The notes under the pieces were generated by a model. The model saw nothing but the letters and a program-made list of their open reading frames with translations, did not search any database and was not told the origin of the DNA. A stretch of 64,000 nt of DNA, from assembly GCA_015068855.1 (NCBI GenBank), contig SVJS01000006.1:10105-74104 (forward strand), read 5' to 3'. Positions 49,142 through 58,396 of the stretch are shown here, in pieces. The translations under genes were made by a program, and so were the position numbers. This DNA comes from Oscillospiraceae bacterium (GTDB taxonomy: Bacteria > Bacillota > Clostridia > UBA1381 > UBA9506). How positions within the stretch are numbered: position 1 is the stretch's first letter; every line of letters starts with the position of its first letter.

Positions 49142-50431
49142 TTGAAAGCTATCGGTCTCGATATTGGCACAACATCCGTTTGCGGCATTGTTATAGATGC
49201 TCAATCAGGCATTGTTCTTAAAAAAGAGGAAAAAGCCAACAACTCCTGGCTCGACTCGGATAAACAATGGGAAAAAGCACAGGACCCTAACACAATTTTA
49301 TCTGTTGTACAAGAAATTTTAGAATCCTTATTTGATGAAACTGTTGTTTCTATCGGTGTTACAGGGCAAATGCACGGCATTGTTTACCTAAATGCCGCAG
49401 GCGAACCTGTTTCACCCTTATATACCTGGCAGGACGAACGCGGCAACCTGCCCTACCAAGATACCACCTATGCAGCCGCATTAAACAGTTACACAGGCTA
49501 TGGTTATGTAACACATTTTTATAACAAGCAAAACGGTCTGGTGCCGGACGAGGCAACTGTTTTCTGTACAATTCATGACTATGTTGCCATGAAAATTGCG
49601 CAGCAAACGAAGCCTGTCATCCACGCAAGCGATGCCGCCAGCTTTGGACAGTTTGATATTGAGCGCTGTGTCTTTACCGCTGACGATCCGCTCCTCCCCG
49701 CCATCGTTCCTGATTACACGAAGATAGGAACCTATAAAGGTGCTACGGTTTCCGTAGCCATTGGCGACAATCAGGCAAGCTTTATGGGTTCTGTTTGTGG
49801 TTCTGACAGTGTTCTGGTTAACGCCGGAACCGGCAGTCAGGTTTCCGTGGTAACCAAAAAAGCCGTAGCCACGACAGGTATTGAAATCAGACCATACATT
49901 GAAAACCAATACCTAATGGTTGGCTGTTCCCTGTGTGGCGGCAAAGCCTTTGCTGTTTTAGAAAATTTCCTGCGTGAAACGGTCAGCCTCATGACAGGAA
50001 GCCCCTGTGCGCCGCTTTACGATGTTATGAACCGGTTGCTTGCGACAACGGAAGCGTCTTCCGTTACAGTTGACACCCGTTTTTTGGGAACGCGGGAAGA
50101 ACCAAACCTTTGCGGCAGCATTACGGGTCTTCGGGCTGATACTTTCTCGCCCATCGAGCTCTTGCATGGTACTGTAAACGGCATGGCAAACGAGCTTTAT
50201 TCATTATTTAATCGGATGAACAGCAGTTGCAAGGCCTTAGTCGGCTCCGGAAACGGCATCCGCAAAAACGCAGCCTTTGCAAAAGCTTTATCGGATACAT
50301 TTAATGCATCGTTAAAAATTCCGCTCCATAAGGAAGAAGCCAGCTTCGGGGCTGCTCTCTTCTCTTTGGTAACGGCAAACATATATCCCTGCATCGAGGA
50401 TGCACAAAAAATTATTCAATACGAGGTGTAA
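49142..50431 (+). CDS. ASKHA-superfamily sugar kinase (FGGY / sedoheptulokinase-like)
   Basis: 429 aa. TTG start lies 8 nt after GAGGAGG. Motifs are IGLDIGTTSVCG, GVTGQMHGIVYL, YTWQDERG, NAGTGSQ and GSGNGIR. Confidence 0.8.
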   Translation: MKAIGLDIGTTSVCGIVIDAQSGIVLKKEEKANNSWLDSDKQWEKAQDPNTILSVVQEILESLFDETVVSIGVTGQMHGIVYLNAAGEPVSPLYTWQDERGNLPYQDTTYAAALNSYTGYGYVTHFYNKQNGLVPDEATVFCTIHDYVAMKIAQQTKPVIHASDAASFGQFDIERCVFTADDPLLPAIVPDYTKIGTYKGATVSVAIGDNQASFMGSVCGSDSVLVNAGTGSQVSVVTKKAVATTGIEIRPYIENQYLMVGCSLCGGKAFAVLENFLRETVSLMTGSPCAPLYDVMNRLLATTEASSVTVDTRFLGTREEPNLCGSITGLRADTFSPIELLHGTVNGMANELYSLFNRMNSSCKALVGSGNGIRKNAAFAKALSDTFNASLKIPLHKEEASFGAALFSLVTANIYPCIEDAQKIIQYEV

Positions 50432-50434
50432 ACA

Positions 50435-51448
50435 ATGTTTTACGAAAAACCAATGTTCTTTGAACAAAACAGAGTGTTCAGACCCTACCTTGGCGGTAAG
50501 CTTATGGGCAAATTTGTTGGCAAAGATTTCGAGGATGACCATTTTCCCGAAGAATGGGTTGCCTCTGCTGTCAAAGCAATAAACAAAGGTATCACAGATC
50601 CCTATGACGGCATCTCCAAGCTTGTTGATTCCGACCTTTATTTTAACGAAGCCCTGCAAAAATATCCTAAGGAAATCTTAGGCGATAAAACAGAATTTTC
50701 TGTTTTGGTTAAGTACTTAGACAGCGCTATCCGCCTGCCGGTTCAGGCACACCCCGATAGAAAGTTTTCCAAGGAACACTTTAACTCAACCCACGGCAAA
50801 GAAGAAAGCTGGTATATCTTAGATACCCGTGAAAATGCCACTGTTTGCTTTGGTTTTGAAGAAGGCGTTACAGAGGAGCAATTCCGTCAGGCTATCGCAA
50901 ACAGTGAAACGGATAAAGATTCCATGAACGGTCTTTTGAAATGCTACAAAGTTAAAAAAGGCGATGTTATCTACATCCCCGCAAAAGCTGTTCATGCCAT
51001 TGGCGCCGGCTGCCTGATTCTTGAAGTGCAGGAGCCTACGGACTTCACCATTCAGCCTGAGCGTTGGTGTGGCGATTATCGCTTATCTGAGCAGGAAATG
51101 TATATCGGTCTTTCCATGGATGAGGCTATGGAGTGCTTCACGTTCGAGCCCTCCCCCAGTCCCTTCGTCCAGCCCAGATTGCTTTCCGATGACGATAACG
51201 CTACAACTGAGGAATTAATCGGCAGCAAGGAAACTGAAAGCTTCCGCTTAACACGCACCCGCATCAAAAAGGGCGATTATACTCTTTCTGAAAATGCCAT
51301 TTACATTGTTGGCGACGGCGAAGGCGTTATCCGTGGCGAGGGCTACGAAAGAGCGGTTAAGAAGGGTGAATATTTCTTCATGCCCTACCTGGCTCTTGAC
51401 AAGTTTACCATTTCCGGCGATAACCTTGAATTGTTAGTTTGCACCTGA
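50435..51448 (+). CDS. class I mannose-6-phosphate isomerase family protein (cupin)
   Basis: 337 aa. Motifs are LVKYLDSAIRLPVQAHPD, GKEESWYILD, IPAKAVHAIGAGCLILEVQEPTDFT. It starts 3 nt after the kinase stop. Confidence 0.85.
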   Translation: MFYEKPMFFEQNRVFRPYLGGKLMGKFVGKDFEDDHFPEEWVASAVKAINKGITDPYDGISKLVDSDLYFNEALQKYPKEILGDKTEFSVLVKYLDSAIRLPVQAHPDRKFSKEHFNSTHGKEESWYILDTRENATVCFGFEEGVTEEQFRQAIANSETDKDSMNGLLKCYKVKKGDVIYIPAKAVHAIGAGCLILEVQEPTDFTIQPERWCGDYRLSEQEMYIGLSMDEAMECFTFEPSPSPFVQPRLLSDDDNATTEELIGSKETESFRLTRTRIKKGDYTLSENAIYIVGDGEGVIRGEGYERAVKKGEYFFMPYLALDKFTISGDNLELLVCT

Positions 51449-51464
51449 TACATACAAAGCACTC

Positions 51465-51498
51465 AAAAAGGACATTTCCTTTGGAAATGTCCTTTTTA
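51465..51498 (+). terminator. rho-independent terminator after the PMI gene
   Basis: The stem is AGGACATTTCC / GGAAATGTCCT (51469-51479 / 51483-51493), followed by TTTTT. Confidence 0.85.
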
Positions 51499-51512
51499 TA
51501 GTGTAAATGAAT

Positions 51513-51545
51513 GCAAAAAAGGCTGTACAGTAATTGTACAGCCTT
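51513..51545 (-). terminator. rho-independent terminator after the large lyase gene
   Basis: The stem is GGCTGTACA / TGTACAGCC (51521-51529 / 51535-51543). On the minus strand it is followed by TTTTTT. Confidence 0.85.
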
Positions 51546-51568
51546 TTGTATTATGCTTTCATCGCTCT

Positions 51569-54500
51569 TTATTCCGCCGGTTGTATAACCTTAAACGGAA
51601 CGTTTGTCAATGCGGCCGAGTAAGGTTTTACGTTACTGACTGAATCCCACACAAAAGCCTTGACCGTCTCGCCCGGCTTCGTAAACGTTGTGGATACATA
51701 GTAATTCTTTGTTCCTCTGGTTGCGGTTGTCTGCGTGCTGTTATGCTCAACATAAACACCATTGTCATCATAAAGAGCCGCAAGCAAAGTCACAGGCTTT
51801 TTGTTATAGCCGGATGTAATGGGAATGCGATACATTCCATCGACACTTACGCCGGTTGTTGCAGAAACAGCATCCGTCGTAACTGTAAATGCCTCTGTGG
51901 TAGCCGCTGCGCTTTGTGTCAGGCCCTGCAGGGTTGTAATGCCATTTAAAGAAACAGTATATGTTGCACCGGGTGTAAACTCTGTGGCAAAGTCAATGAT
52001 GACGTCTTCGCCCTTGGCGGTTACCGTATGGGCCATTGTCACGGGAGAACCGTTTTGGGTGACAGAAACTGTGGCATTATTGATAGAAGAATAATCAACT
52101 GTTTCGCCAAAGTTAAACACAACATCATCATCACGGCTTGCGGTTTCAAAACCGAATGCTGCACTACTGAATGTGCCGTTTACATTCAGGGTTGTATCTA
52201 AGATGTCCCAGGTAAAGTTATCAAAGTACATAACGTCTCCGGCATCCAGGGTTAAACGAACCTGAATCATACTGAGCGGTGTCCAGCTTTCGCCTAAAAT
52301 CCCTGTTACATAGCTTTGCGCTGTGGTATCATCAGAAACATATTGTGCTCCATTGGGACCCATGACAGATACAATGATTTCTTTTTCTGCTGCATCATAA
52401 ATAAGTTCACAATCCAGCATTGTTCTTGGGTTATATTGCAGATTCGTTGCAATTTTTTCGCCAAAGCATTCAATGTACAGTCCGCCGGACCAGGCCATTT
52501 TAATAGCACTCATAAGAGTACTGTTTTTGGCGGTACCGGTTGCATCTGTAGACCCGTAAACCCAGAATTCATGACAAGCACTGGTGTCAGGAACGCTCAT
52601 GGTAAAGCGAACTCTGTGGCGAACATCCGGCGCACTGAAAAACGGCGTCATGTAGAAGTTCGGATATGCCTTAGCTGTTACATTTGTCAAAACAAATCCG
52701 GCACCATCTTCTGCCAAGGTCATGGTTGTCGTTTTCCCGGAAACCATAGGCGCAATATTCTGAACTGCCCAACCGGTCTGGTTGCCCAAGACCTCTGTTG
52801 TGCTTGTAGGCAGGGTTGTCAGGTCATCTGACAGACTCTGCAGAGAGGGCACAAGGGCTGTGCTGCGGGTGTTCTGCATGTAATTTGTCAGATAAATCTG
52901 TGCTGCGGGAGACTGCCCATTTTGGTGGTCATACCAGCCAAAGAGCACACCTTTCACGCTGGAAAGGTCCATCAGCGTTGTTGTGTTATACTTTTTCAAT
53001 TGATTATACGGTGCGTTATAGGTTTCCCAAGCAGTCGCCTCGTTCTCGCCTGTTGCTGTTTTGCGAAGTTTAAGTTCAGCATATTTCAAATCGGTATCAA
53101 TTGAAATCTGATAATCATACCAGGTGCCATATTCCATGGCACAAATCTTATTGCCCATGAAATAGATGGAATTTGCATCATATGACACAATGGATGCATC
53201 GGCGCCGCTTGTGTTATCTCTTAAATAGAAACCAAAAGACCCTGTGGCGTTGCTGACTTTCATGGTGTAAGCAAAGTCCATTTTGGTCATGGCAGCCGCA
53301 TTATAGGCCATGTTAACCGCCAGATTCAGCTTGGTTGCCGGCTTGCTTATTTTCAAGGCAGGGATACCGTTTTCAACCACCGGAGACAGAGTACCTGCTC
53401 CTAGGTTAGAAGCTGACAAGTGGTCATTATCGCGTTCATTACGAGCGTTTTCTCCGTTTCTGAGCGCGTAGCTGTCACTATACATGGTGTAAACAGTATT
53501 GTTAAATTCGTTAAACGGTCCATCAAACTCCAACGCTGCCTTATCGGTTGCGTTGGGAATCAAGTCGTCTGTTTCCAGAACCTTCTGAGATAAATTATCA
53601 AAGTACGCTGTTGTTTTAGTGCTCAGCGTAATGTGCCAATGAGTAATGGATGCAAACTTTCGCAAGGAAGCAAGCTTTGTCACGCGAACCTTTTCAGCCG
53701 TTGTGCCGGCCAGGTCACCTCGCTGTTTAACGGTTAATTCCAGGTAATCCTCTGCGAGATTAACCGATACAGTTGCCGTATACCAGGTGTTTTTCACCCA
53801 CTTGGGGCCTAAAATACCGCCATTGGCACCCGTGCCGTCACCATAGACGACACCACTATTGGAGCCGTTCATATTAAAGACTAAAAGGTTATCGGAAACA
53901 GTCTTGCCCTCGGCATCCTTACCCCAGAGACCAAACATGTGATTGCTCCAGTTGTTGTCCACACGGAAATCAAAGGAAACCTCAAACGGTGTGGCATTAT
54001 ACGGGGTTGGGCTGTTAAACAGACCAAACCAGGGATTCGCACCGCCCGGATTGGTTACTTTAAGAACCTTATTGGCAGAGCCATCCGGGTCACTTGCAAC
54101 AACGGCATTTGCTTTGGTTGTGTCGCTGATGTTGTTAACGTAATAATCTGTTCCCAAGACAGGCTCCGGTGTTCCGTCAAAGCTAACGGTTCTGTCAACA
54201 AAGTCTTCAAGGGGATTTGCGCTAACTGAAACAGTCCAGTCAGAGAGCGAAGTCCAGGTTGTGTTGTAATCGTAAGCGACTGTTCCGTTTGCGTCTGTGC
54301 AAGGATTAAACACAACCATCAAGTTCAGCTGTGTGCAACCAGAAACATGAATGGCCAGTTTCCGAATACCAGTATTGGCATTCTGACCTGTCACAGTGGG
54401 AGAACCGGGCAAGGAGGGAACGGCATCCAGAATAGAGAAAGTTGCACCGTCACCATGAGCAATCTCAGCTTTCAATGTTTTGCCATTTAAGGTTAAAAGT

Positions 54501-56716
54501 GCGGTTTTATTATTATTCGTCAGCGTAATGTTCGCTTTTGTATGAGCAAACCAATAGACGTCAGAGGCTTCCTTAAAGGTAACCTCATCCTGCACAGTAA
54601 CGGTTCGACGGGAGTTATCAAGCTTCACGCCACGGCGGGCACTCGTTACATCCTCACGCCAAGAATCTGTTACATTGGCAATTGCATAAGCACCGTAAGG
54701 CTTTGAAACATGGCTTTCCAGGGTGGCAACCCCGTCACTTGCCATATCATAACCGTTATATTGTCCGTCGCCGGGGTTAATCACCAAACCGTTATGTCCC
54801 TCTGCACGGGTTCTGTAACAATCACGGGCATAATTGGGAAGGTCATAATTATCGCGGCCCAAGTCAAAGAAGAAAGACTCGCCCATAGCATCCATAACAA
54901 AGCTGCCGGCATCAGCATGACCATGGTCAACAACACCGACACCACCATCGGCATGCAAGCCAACCCAGGTATCGTTGTTGCCTGCTCCGCTACGTGCTGT
55001 GAATAAGCCGTCCGTTTTCATAAAGGTATCAAGTGCTTCTGCACTCGGCACGGCTGTCGTCATATCAGTATCATAATAGAAAAGGTCAATGTAGTTACCG
55101 TTACCCTGTTGAATATTCCGGATACGATGCGGCATAATGTCATAATCGTTAAACAATCCTGCCCAACAGGTTGCAACGGAGGTTACCGCCGAAGCACTGG
55201 TGCCTTCTGCATCATGATAAGCCCATTTGCTGGCAGTACCGGTTACAGAATAAATATAATCGTTGGTCGTAGAAAGACCGGGCGCATCAAAATAACCATA
55301 ATCATCGCCGGTGGCGCTGAGCAGAGAGCCGATATGCTTAATGTAATACCGGCCGGCATAATCCCAATAGAGGATACCTTCAGGGTATGCACCGTTAGGG
55401 GCAAACAGGCTGATGGCCGGACGAATTAGTTCTAAGGAATATTCCATGGCGATTTGCGCGTTGGTCAGTTCAGCGCCGGACAGCTCATCACAAATAGCCA
55501 GAGCGCCGGTTGCAATACCGCCCGCGCCAACAAAACGCCAGTTGTTGACAGTCTCAGATTTATCCCAGAGCCAGGTTCTGTATCTGGTTCCTGCACCCGT
55601 ATTATGAGCTGTGCCGTTTGAGCTGCCCATGGTCAGACCATTATAATCATTCATAAACTCACCAATACCTTTGGTGAGGATTGCATTACGCATCGTTTGT
55701 TTCTGGCTATCACTTAAATAGCTGTACAACCAGTCATAGGCCAGAGCAACTGTCGAGGTTACAGTGCCGCAATCTAAGAAGTGATAGGGGTTCCAGTCGG
55801 TGTAATTACATAAGGAATTAATCTCTGTCCAGGCACGGGCCGCATACTGATTAGCCAAAGTGGAATTGCTGGTTTTATAAATGTTATACATAAACGCCAG
55901 CTGCAGAATTCGTTTTTCCTGCACAGACGCCTCCATGCGGACGTTGTTTGCGTCCATGGTTTTGGGGATGGGCGTGGTATCCGTGTTGACGAGCGTATTA
56001 CATGCGGTCGTCATCTGAGTCAAAATCTGTTTAATAACCGCATCGCCGTCTGCATCCAGAAACTCCTGACTGAGCGCAGAAAATTTGTCCGCTGTCATAA
56101 TCAGGCGCGGATGACCGTTGCCGGGATGCTCCGCCTCGACAGCTGCCACAATCTGAGCACCGGTTACGCTGTCATAAATAAAGCTCTCGCAGGTAGTACG
56201 TAAAAGCTCTAAATCGTTAGCCCAGCTGAGCGAAATGTCTGTTTCGTTGCAAACCATCAGGTTGGATTCTAGAAAGTAAAACAGCCCTAATTGCTCACAA
56301 AGAATTTCCGCCGGAACATACACCGTGTTATTAACCACATTGGGAGCAACCGGCAAGGTCACGGAACTGCTGCCGTTTGTCAGCGTTTTGCTGCCCGTTA
56401 CCATAGAAAGCGTTGTGCCGCCCTTGGCTATGGTAACAGCGCCGGTTGAACTGTTATAGCTATATGTAGCACCCATGGTCTCAAAAAAGAACTCAGCAGG
56501 CACCATCGCTGTGCCGTTCTGCCAGACAGGTGTTGCGTTATTTGTAATATACCCTTTCACGCCCTGCACTAACACATTGGGCTTATTCATGTAAAGAAGA
56601 AGCGCGTTATCCAGTTTTCCTGCACCGGCGGCTCCGCCAAACGGAATAACTACCAGGCTGAGCGTCAGTACGCAAGCCAGAATCAGGGAACAAATCTTTC
56701 TCATTGTCATTTTCAT
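51569..56716 (-). CDS. secreted multidomain heparinase II/III-like polysaccharide lyase (1715 aa)
   Basis: It has a signal peptide (MKMTMRKICSLILACVLTLSLVVIPFGGAAGA), then a copper-amine-oxidase-N-terminal-like stalk domain. A lyase toroid follows (GHPRLIMTADKF; NNWRFVGAGG; YPEGILYWDY) and a heparinase II/III beta-domain (VVDHGHADAGSFVMDAMGESFFFDLG; AEGHNGLVINPG). About 880 aa of beta-rich modules come after that (three LamG/CBM-like repeats and an Ig-like domain). The start is at ATG 56716, 7 nt after GAGAGGA. The track ORF starts at 56737. Confidence 0.85.
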   Translation of the reverse strand: MKMTMRKICSLILACVLTLSLVVIPFGGAAGAGKLDNALLLYMNKPNVLVQGVKGYITNNATPVWQNGTAMVPAEFFFETMGATYSYNSSTGAVTIAKGGTTLSMVTGSKTLTNGSSSVTLPVAPNVVNNTVYVPAEILCEQLGLFYFLESNLMVCNETDISLSWANDLELLRTTCESFIYDSVTGAQIVAAVEAEHPGNGHPRLIMTADKFSALSQEFLDADGDAVIKQILTQMTTACNTLVNTDTTPIPKTMDANNVRMEASVQEKRILQLAFMYNIYKTSNSTLANQYAARAWTEINSLCNYTDWNPYHFLDCGTVTSTVALAYDWLYSYLSDSQKQTMRNAILTKGIGEFMNDYNGLTMGSSNGTAHNTGAGTRYRTWLWDKSETVNNWRFVGAGGIATGALAICDELSGAELTNAQIAMEYSLELIRPAISLFAPNGAYPEGILYWDYAGRYYIKHIGSLLSATGDDYGYFDAPGLSTTNDYIYSVTGTASKWAYHDAEGTSASAVTSVATCWAGLFNDYDIMPHRIRNIQQGNGNYIDLFYYDTDMTTAVPSAEALDTFMKTDGLFTARSGAGNNDTWVGLHADGGVGVVDHGHADAGSFVMDAMGESFFFDLGRDNYDLPNYARDCYRTRAEGHNGLVINPGDGQYNGYDMASDGVATLESHVSKPYGAYAIANVTDSWREDVTSARRGVKLDNSRRTVTVQDEVTFKEASDVYWFAHTKANITLTNNNKTALLTLNGKTLKAEIAHGDGATFSILDAVPSLPGSPTVTGQNANTGIRKLAIHVSGCTQLNLMVVFNPCTDANGTVAYDYNTTWTSLSDWTVSVSANPLEDFVDRTVSFDGTPEPVLGTDYYVNNISDTTKANAVVASDPDGSANKVLKVTNPGGANPWFGLFNSPTPYNATPFEVSFDFRVDNNWSNHMFGLWGKDAEGKTVSDNLLVFNMNGSNSGVVYGDGTGANGGILGPKWVKNTWYTATVSVNLAEDYLELTVKQRGDLAGTTAEKVRVTKLASLRKFASITHWHITLSTKTTAYFDNLSQKVLETDDLIPNATDKAALEFDGPFNEFNNTVYTMYSDSYALRNGENARNERDNDHLSASNLGAGTLSPVVENGIPALKISKPATKLNLAVNMAYNAAAMTKMDFAYTMKVSNATGSFGFYLRDNTSGADASIVSYDANSIYFMGNKICAMEYGTWYDYQISIDTDLKYAELKLRKTATGENEATAWETYNAPYNQLKKYNTTTLMDLSSVKGVLFGWYDHQNGQSPAAQIYLTNYMQNTRSTALVPSLQSLSDDLTTLPTSTTEVLGNQTGWAVQNIAPMVSGKTTTMTLAEDGAGFVLTNVTAKAYPNFYMTPFFSAPDVRHRVRFTMSVPDTSACHEFWVYGSTDATGTAKNSTLMSAIKMAWSGGLYIECFGEKIATNLQYNPRTMLDCELIYDAAEKEIIVSVMGPNGAQYVSDDTTAQSYVTGILGESWTPLSMIQVRLTLDAGDVMYFDNFTWDILDTTLNVNGTFSSAAFGFETASRDDDVVFNFGETVDYSSINNATVSVTQNGSPVTMAHTVTAKGEDVIIDFATEFTPGATYTVSLNGITTLQGLTQSAAATTEAFTVTTDAVSATTGVSVDGMYRIPITSGYNKKPVTLLAALYDDNGVYVEHNSTQTTATRGTKNYYVSTTFTKPGETVKAFVWDSVSNVKPYSAALTNVPFKVIQPAE

Positions 56717-56918
56717 AAAAACATCCTCTCTGTACACATGGGTTCACCGAATATCATTCCTGCATTAAAAACAGGATGTCTTCCGGCTGAATGGTAAAGC
56801 TTCTTCCGGTTTTATCTGCACACAGCCTTTCCAAGCCGGATTCAGATTTAAGACACGGTCCTCTTTGGTTAATAGCTTCCTTATTTTGCTCTTTCAAGGT
56901 AAAGTTTTACACACTAAA

Positions 56919-56948
56919 ATTATACCTTATTGTTGCTCTTTTTGTCAA
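56919..56948 (-). promoter_or_regulatory. consensus sigma-A promoter for the lyase gene, leaving a ~195-nt leader
   Basis: The minus strand has TTGACA (complement of 56943-56948), an 18-nt spacer and TATAAT (complement of 56919-56924). Confidence 0.7.
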
Positions 56949-57021
56949 TTCAATTTACTTGTTTTTTACCGTTTTATATAATTTGCACAATGATTTTTTG
57001 TAATATCTTGTCGAATGCGGT

Positions 57022-57067
57022 TTCAAAACAAAGAAATCCACCCGCAAGGCAGATTGCAAGTGGATTT
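57022..57067 (-). terminator. hairpin terminator after the NUDIX gene
   Basis: The stem is AAATCCAC / GTGGATTT (57034-57041 / 57060-57067), with extra internal pairs. On the minus strand it is followed by CTTTGTTTT. T-runs are present on both sides. Confidence 0.55.
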
Positions 57068-57080
57068 TTTATATCTGTTT

Positions 57081-57623
57081 TTATTGTTCTCTGCGGATAA
57101 ATTCCTGTGCTTTCAGCAAGCCAATGACTGTTTTTCCGTCCTGGATTTCATCGCGCATAATCATGTCAATCAAAGTGTCAAGAGGGATAGTTTCAACCTC
57201 TAAAAACTCATCCGGATCAAGATGAGCCTTACCCACTGTTAAATTGCGGGCCAGGTAAATATGTATCCATTCCTTGCAAAAGCCGGGAGACACCATGAAG
57301 CGACCTAAATAATCAAGGCGGTCGGCTGACAGCCCTGTTTCCTCTTCAAGTTCACGGATGCAGCAGACCTGGATTTCTTCGCCCGGGTCAAGCTTTCCTG
57401 CCGGAATTTCTAAAACTACCTGTTGGAACGGGTAACGGAACTGGCGTACCATATACACATTTTGCTCGTTATCAAGCGCAACAACCGCTACCCCGCCCGG
57501 ATGTTCAACAAGCTCCCTCGTAGCCAATTCCCCGTTGGGAAGTTCCACGGTATCACGACTCACCTTTATGATTTTTCCTTCAAAAATTTCCTCTTTGCCA
57601 ATGGTTTTTTCTATCAGGTTCAT
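57081..57623 (-). CDS. NUDIX hydrolase (ADP-ribose pyrophosphatase-like)
   Basis: The Nudix box is GKLDPGEEIQVCCIRELEEETGL. The start is at ATG 57623 (MNLIEKTIGKEEIFEG), after GGAAAGGAG. The track ORF is over-extended into trmD (to 57755). Confidence 0.88.
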   Translation of the reverse strand: MNLIEKTIGKEEIFEGKIIKVSRDTVELPNGELATRELVEHPGGVAVVALDNEQNVYMVRQFRYPFQQVVLEIPAGKLDPGEEIQVCCIRELEEETGLSADRLDYLGRFMVSPGFCKEWIHIYLARNLTVGKAHLDPDEFLEVETIPLDTLIDMIMRDEIQDGKTVIGLLKAQEFIRREQ

Positions 57624-57628
57624 TTGAC

Positions 57629-58372
57629 TTACTCCTTTCCCACAGGTTGCAACAACTCTTCTATCAACGCTTTTTCTTTGTCTGTCAGTTCGGCCTGCGC
57701 TAAAAGTTCGGGTCGTTTTTTTGCTGTTCTGCGAATGGACTCTTCCCGTCGCCATGCTTTAATATTCTCATGATGGCCGGAAAGCAAAATCTCTGGCACT
57801 TCTCTGCCCATAAAGACAGGGGGCCTTGTATACTGCGGGTACTCCAAAAGCCCGTTATAGAGGGATTCTTCACTGTATGCATCCTCAGATGGCAAAACCC
57901 CCGGCACCATTCTTGCCACAGCATCAATCACAGCCAGAGCCGGAATTTCGCCGCCGGTCAGCACGTAATCCCCGATAGAAAGCTCCTCTGCCTGCAATTC
58001 TTCTAAAACGCGCTCATCCACGCCCTCATAATGACCGCACAGAAAAACAAGATGTTCTTCTTCGGAAAGTTCCTTGGCGATTTCCTGGTTAAACACGCGT
58101 CCCTGCGGTGACATGTAAATAACCCGTGGCGGTTTTACTGCTGAATCCAGAACCGATTGATAAGCACGATAAATCGGCCCAGCCTGCATAACCATGCCCA
58201 TACCGCCGCCATACGGGGTATCATCCACCCGATTATGCTTGTTCTCGGCAAAATCACGAATATTGGTATACCGAATATCTAAAAGCCCCGCTTTACCAGC
58301 ACGCCCGATAATGCTCTCTTCCAAAACGGCGCGCATCATGTCCGGAAACAGGGTTAAGCAATCAATACGCAT
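57629..58372 (-). CDS. trmD: tRNA (guanine37-N1)-methyltransferase
   Basis: 247 aa. Motifs are MRIDCLTLFPDM, DDTPYGGGMGMVM, CGHYEGVDERV, SIGDYVLTGGE and YTRP. Confidence 0.96.
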   Translation of the reverse strand: MRIDCLTLFPDMMRAVLEESIIGRAGKAGLLDIRYTNIRDFAENKHNRVDDTPYGGGMGMVMQAGPIYRAYQSVLDSAVKPPRVIYMSPQGRVFNQEIAKELSEEEHLVFLCGHYEGVDERVLEELQAEELSIGDYVLTGGEIPALAVIDAVARMVPGVLPSEDAYSEESLYNGLLEYPQYTRPPVFMGREVPEILLSGHHENIKAWRREESIRRTAKKRPELLAQAELTDKEKALIEELLQPVGKE

Positions 58373-58396
58373 ACAGCTCGCATCCTTACATTAAAG

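Noticed and set aside
52316-52831. 171-aa + strand ORF, and several shorter ones, inside the lyase gene
   Set aside because: These are antisense shadow ORFs rich in Cys, Arg and Asn, with no translation signals.
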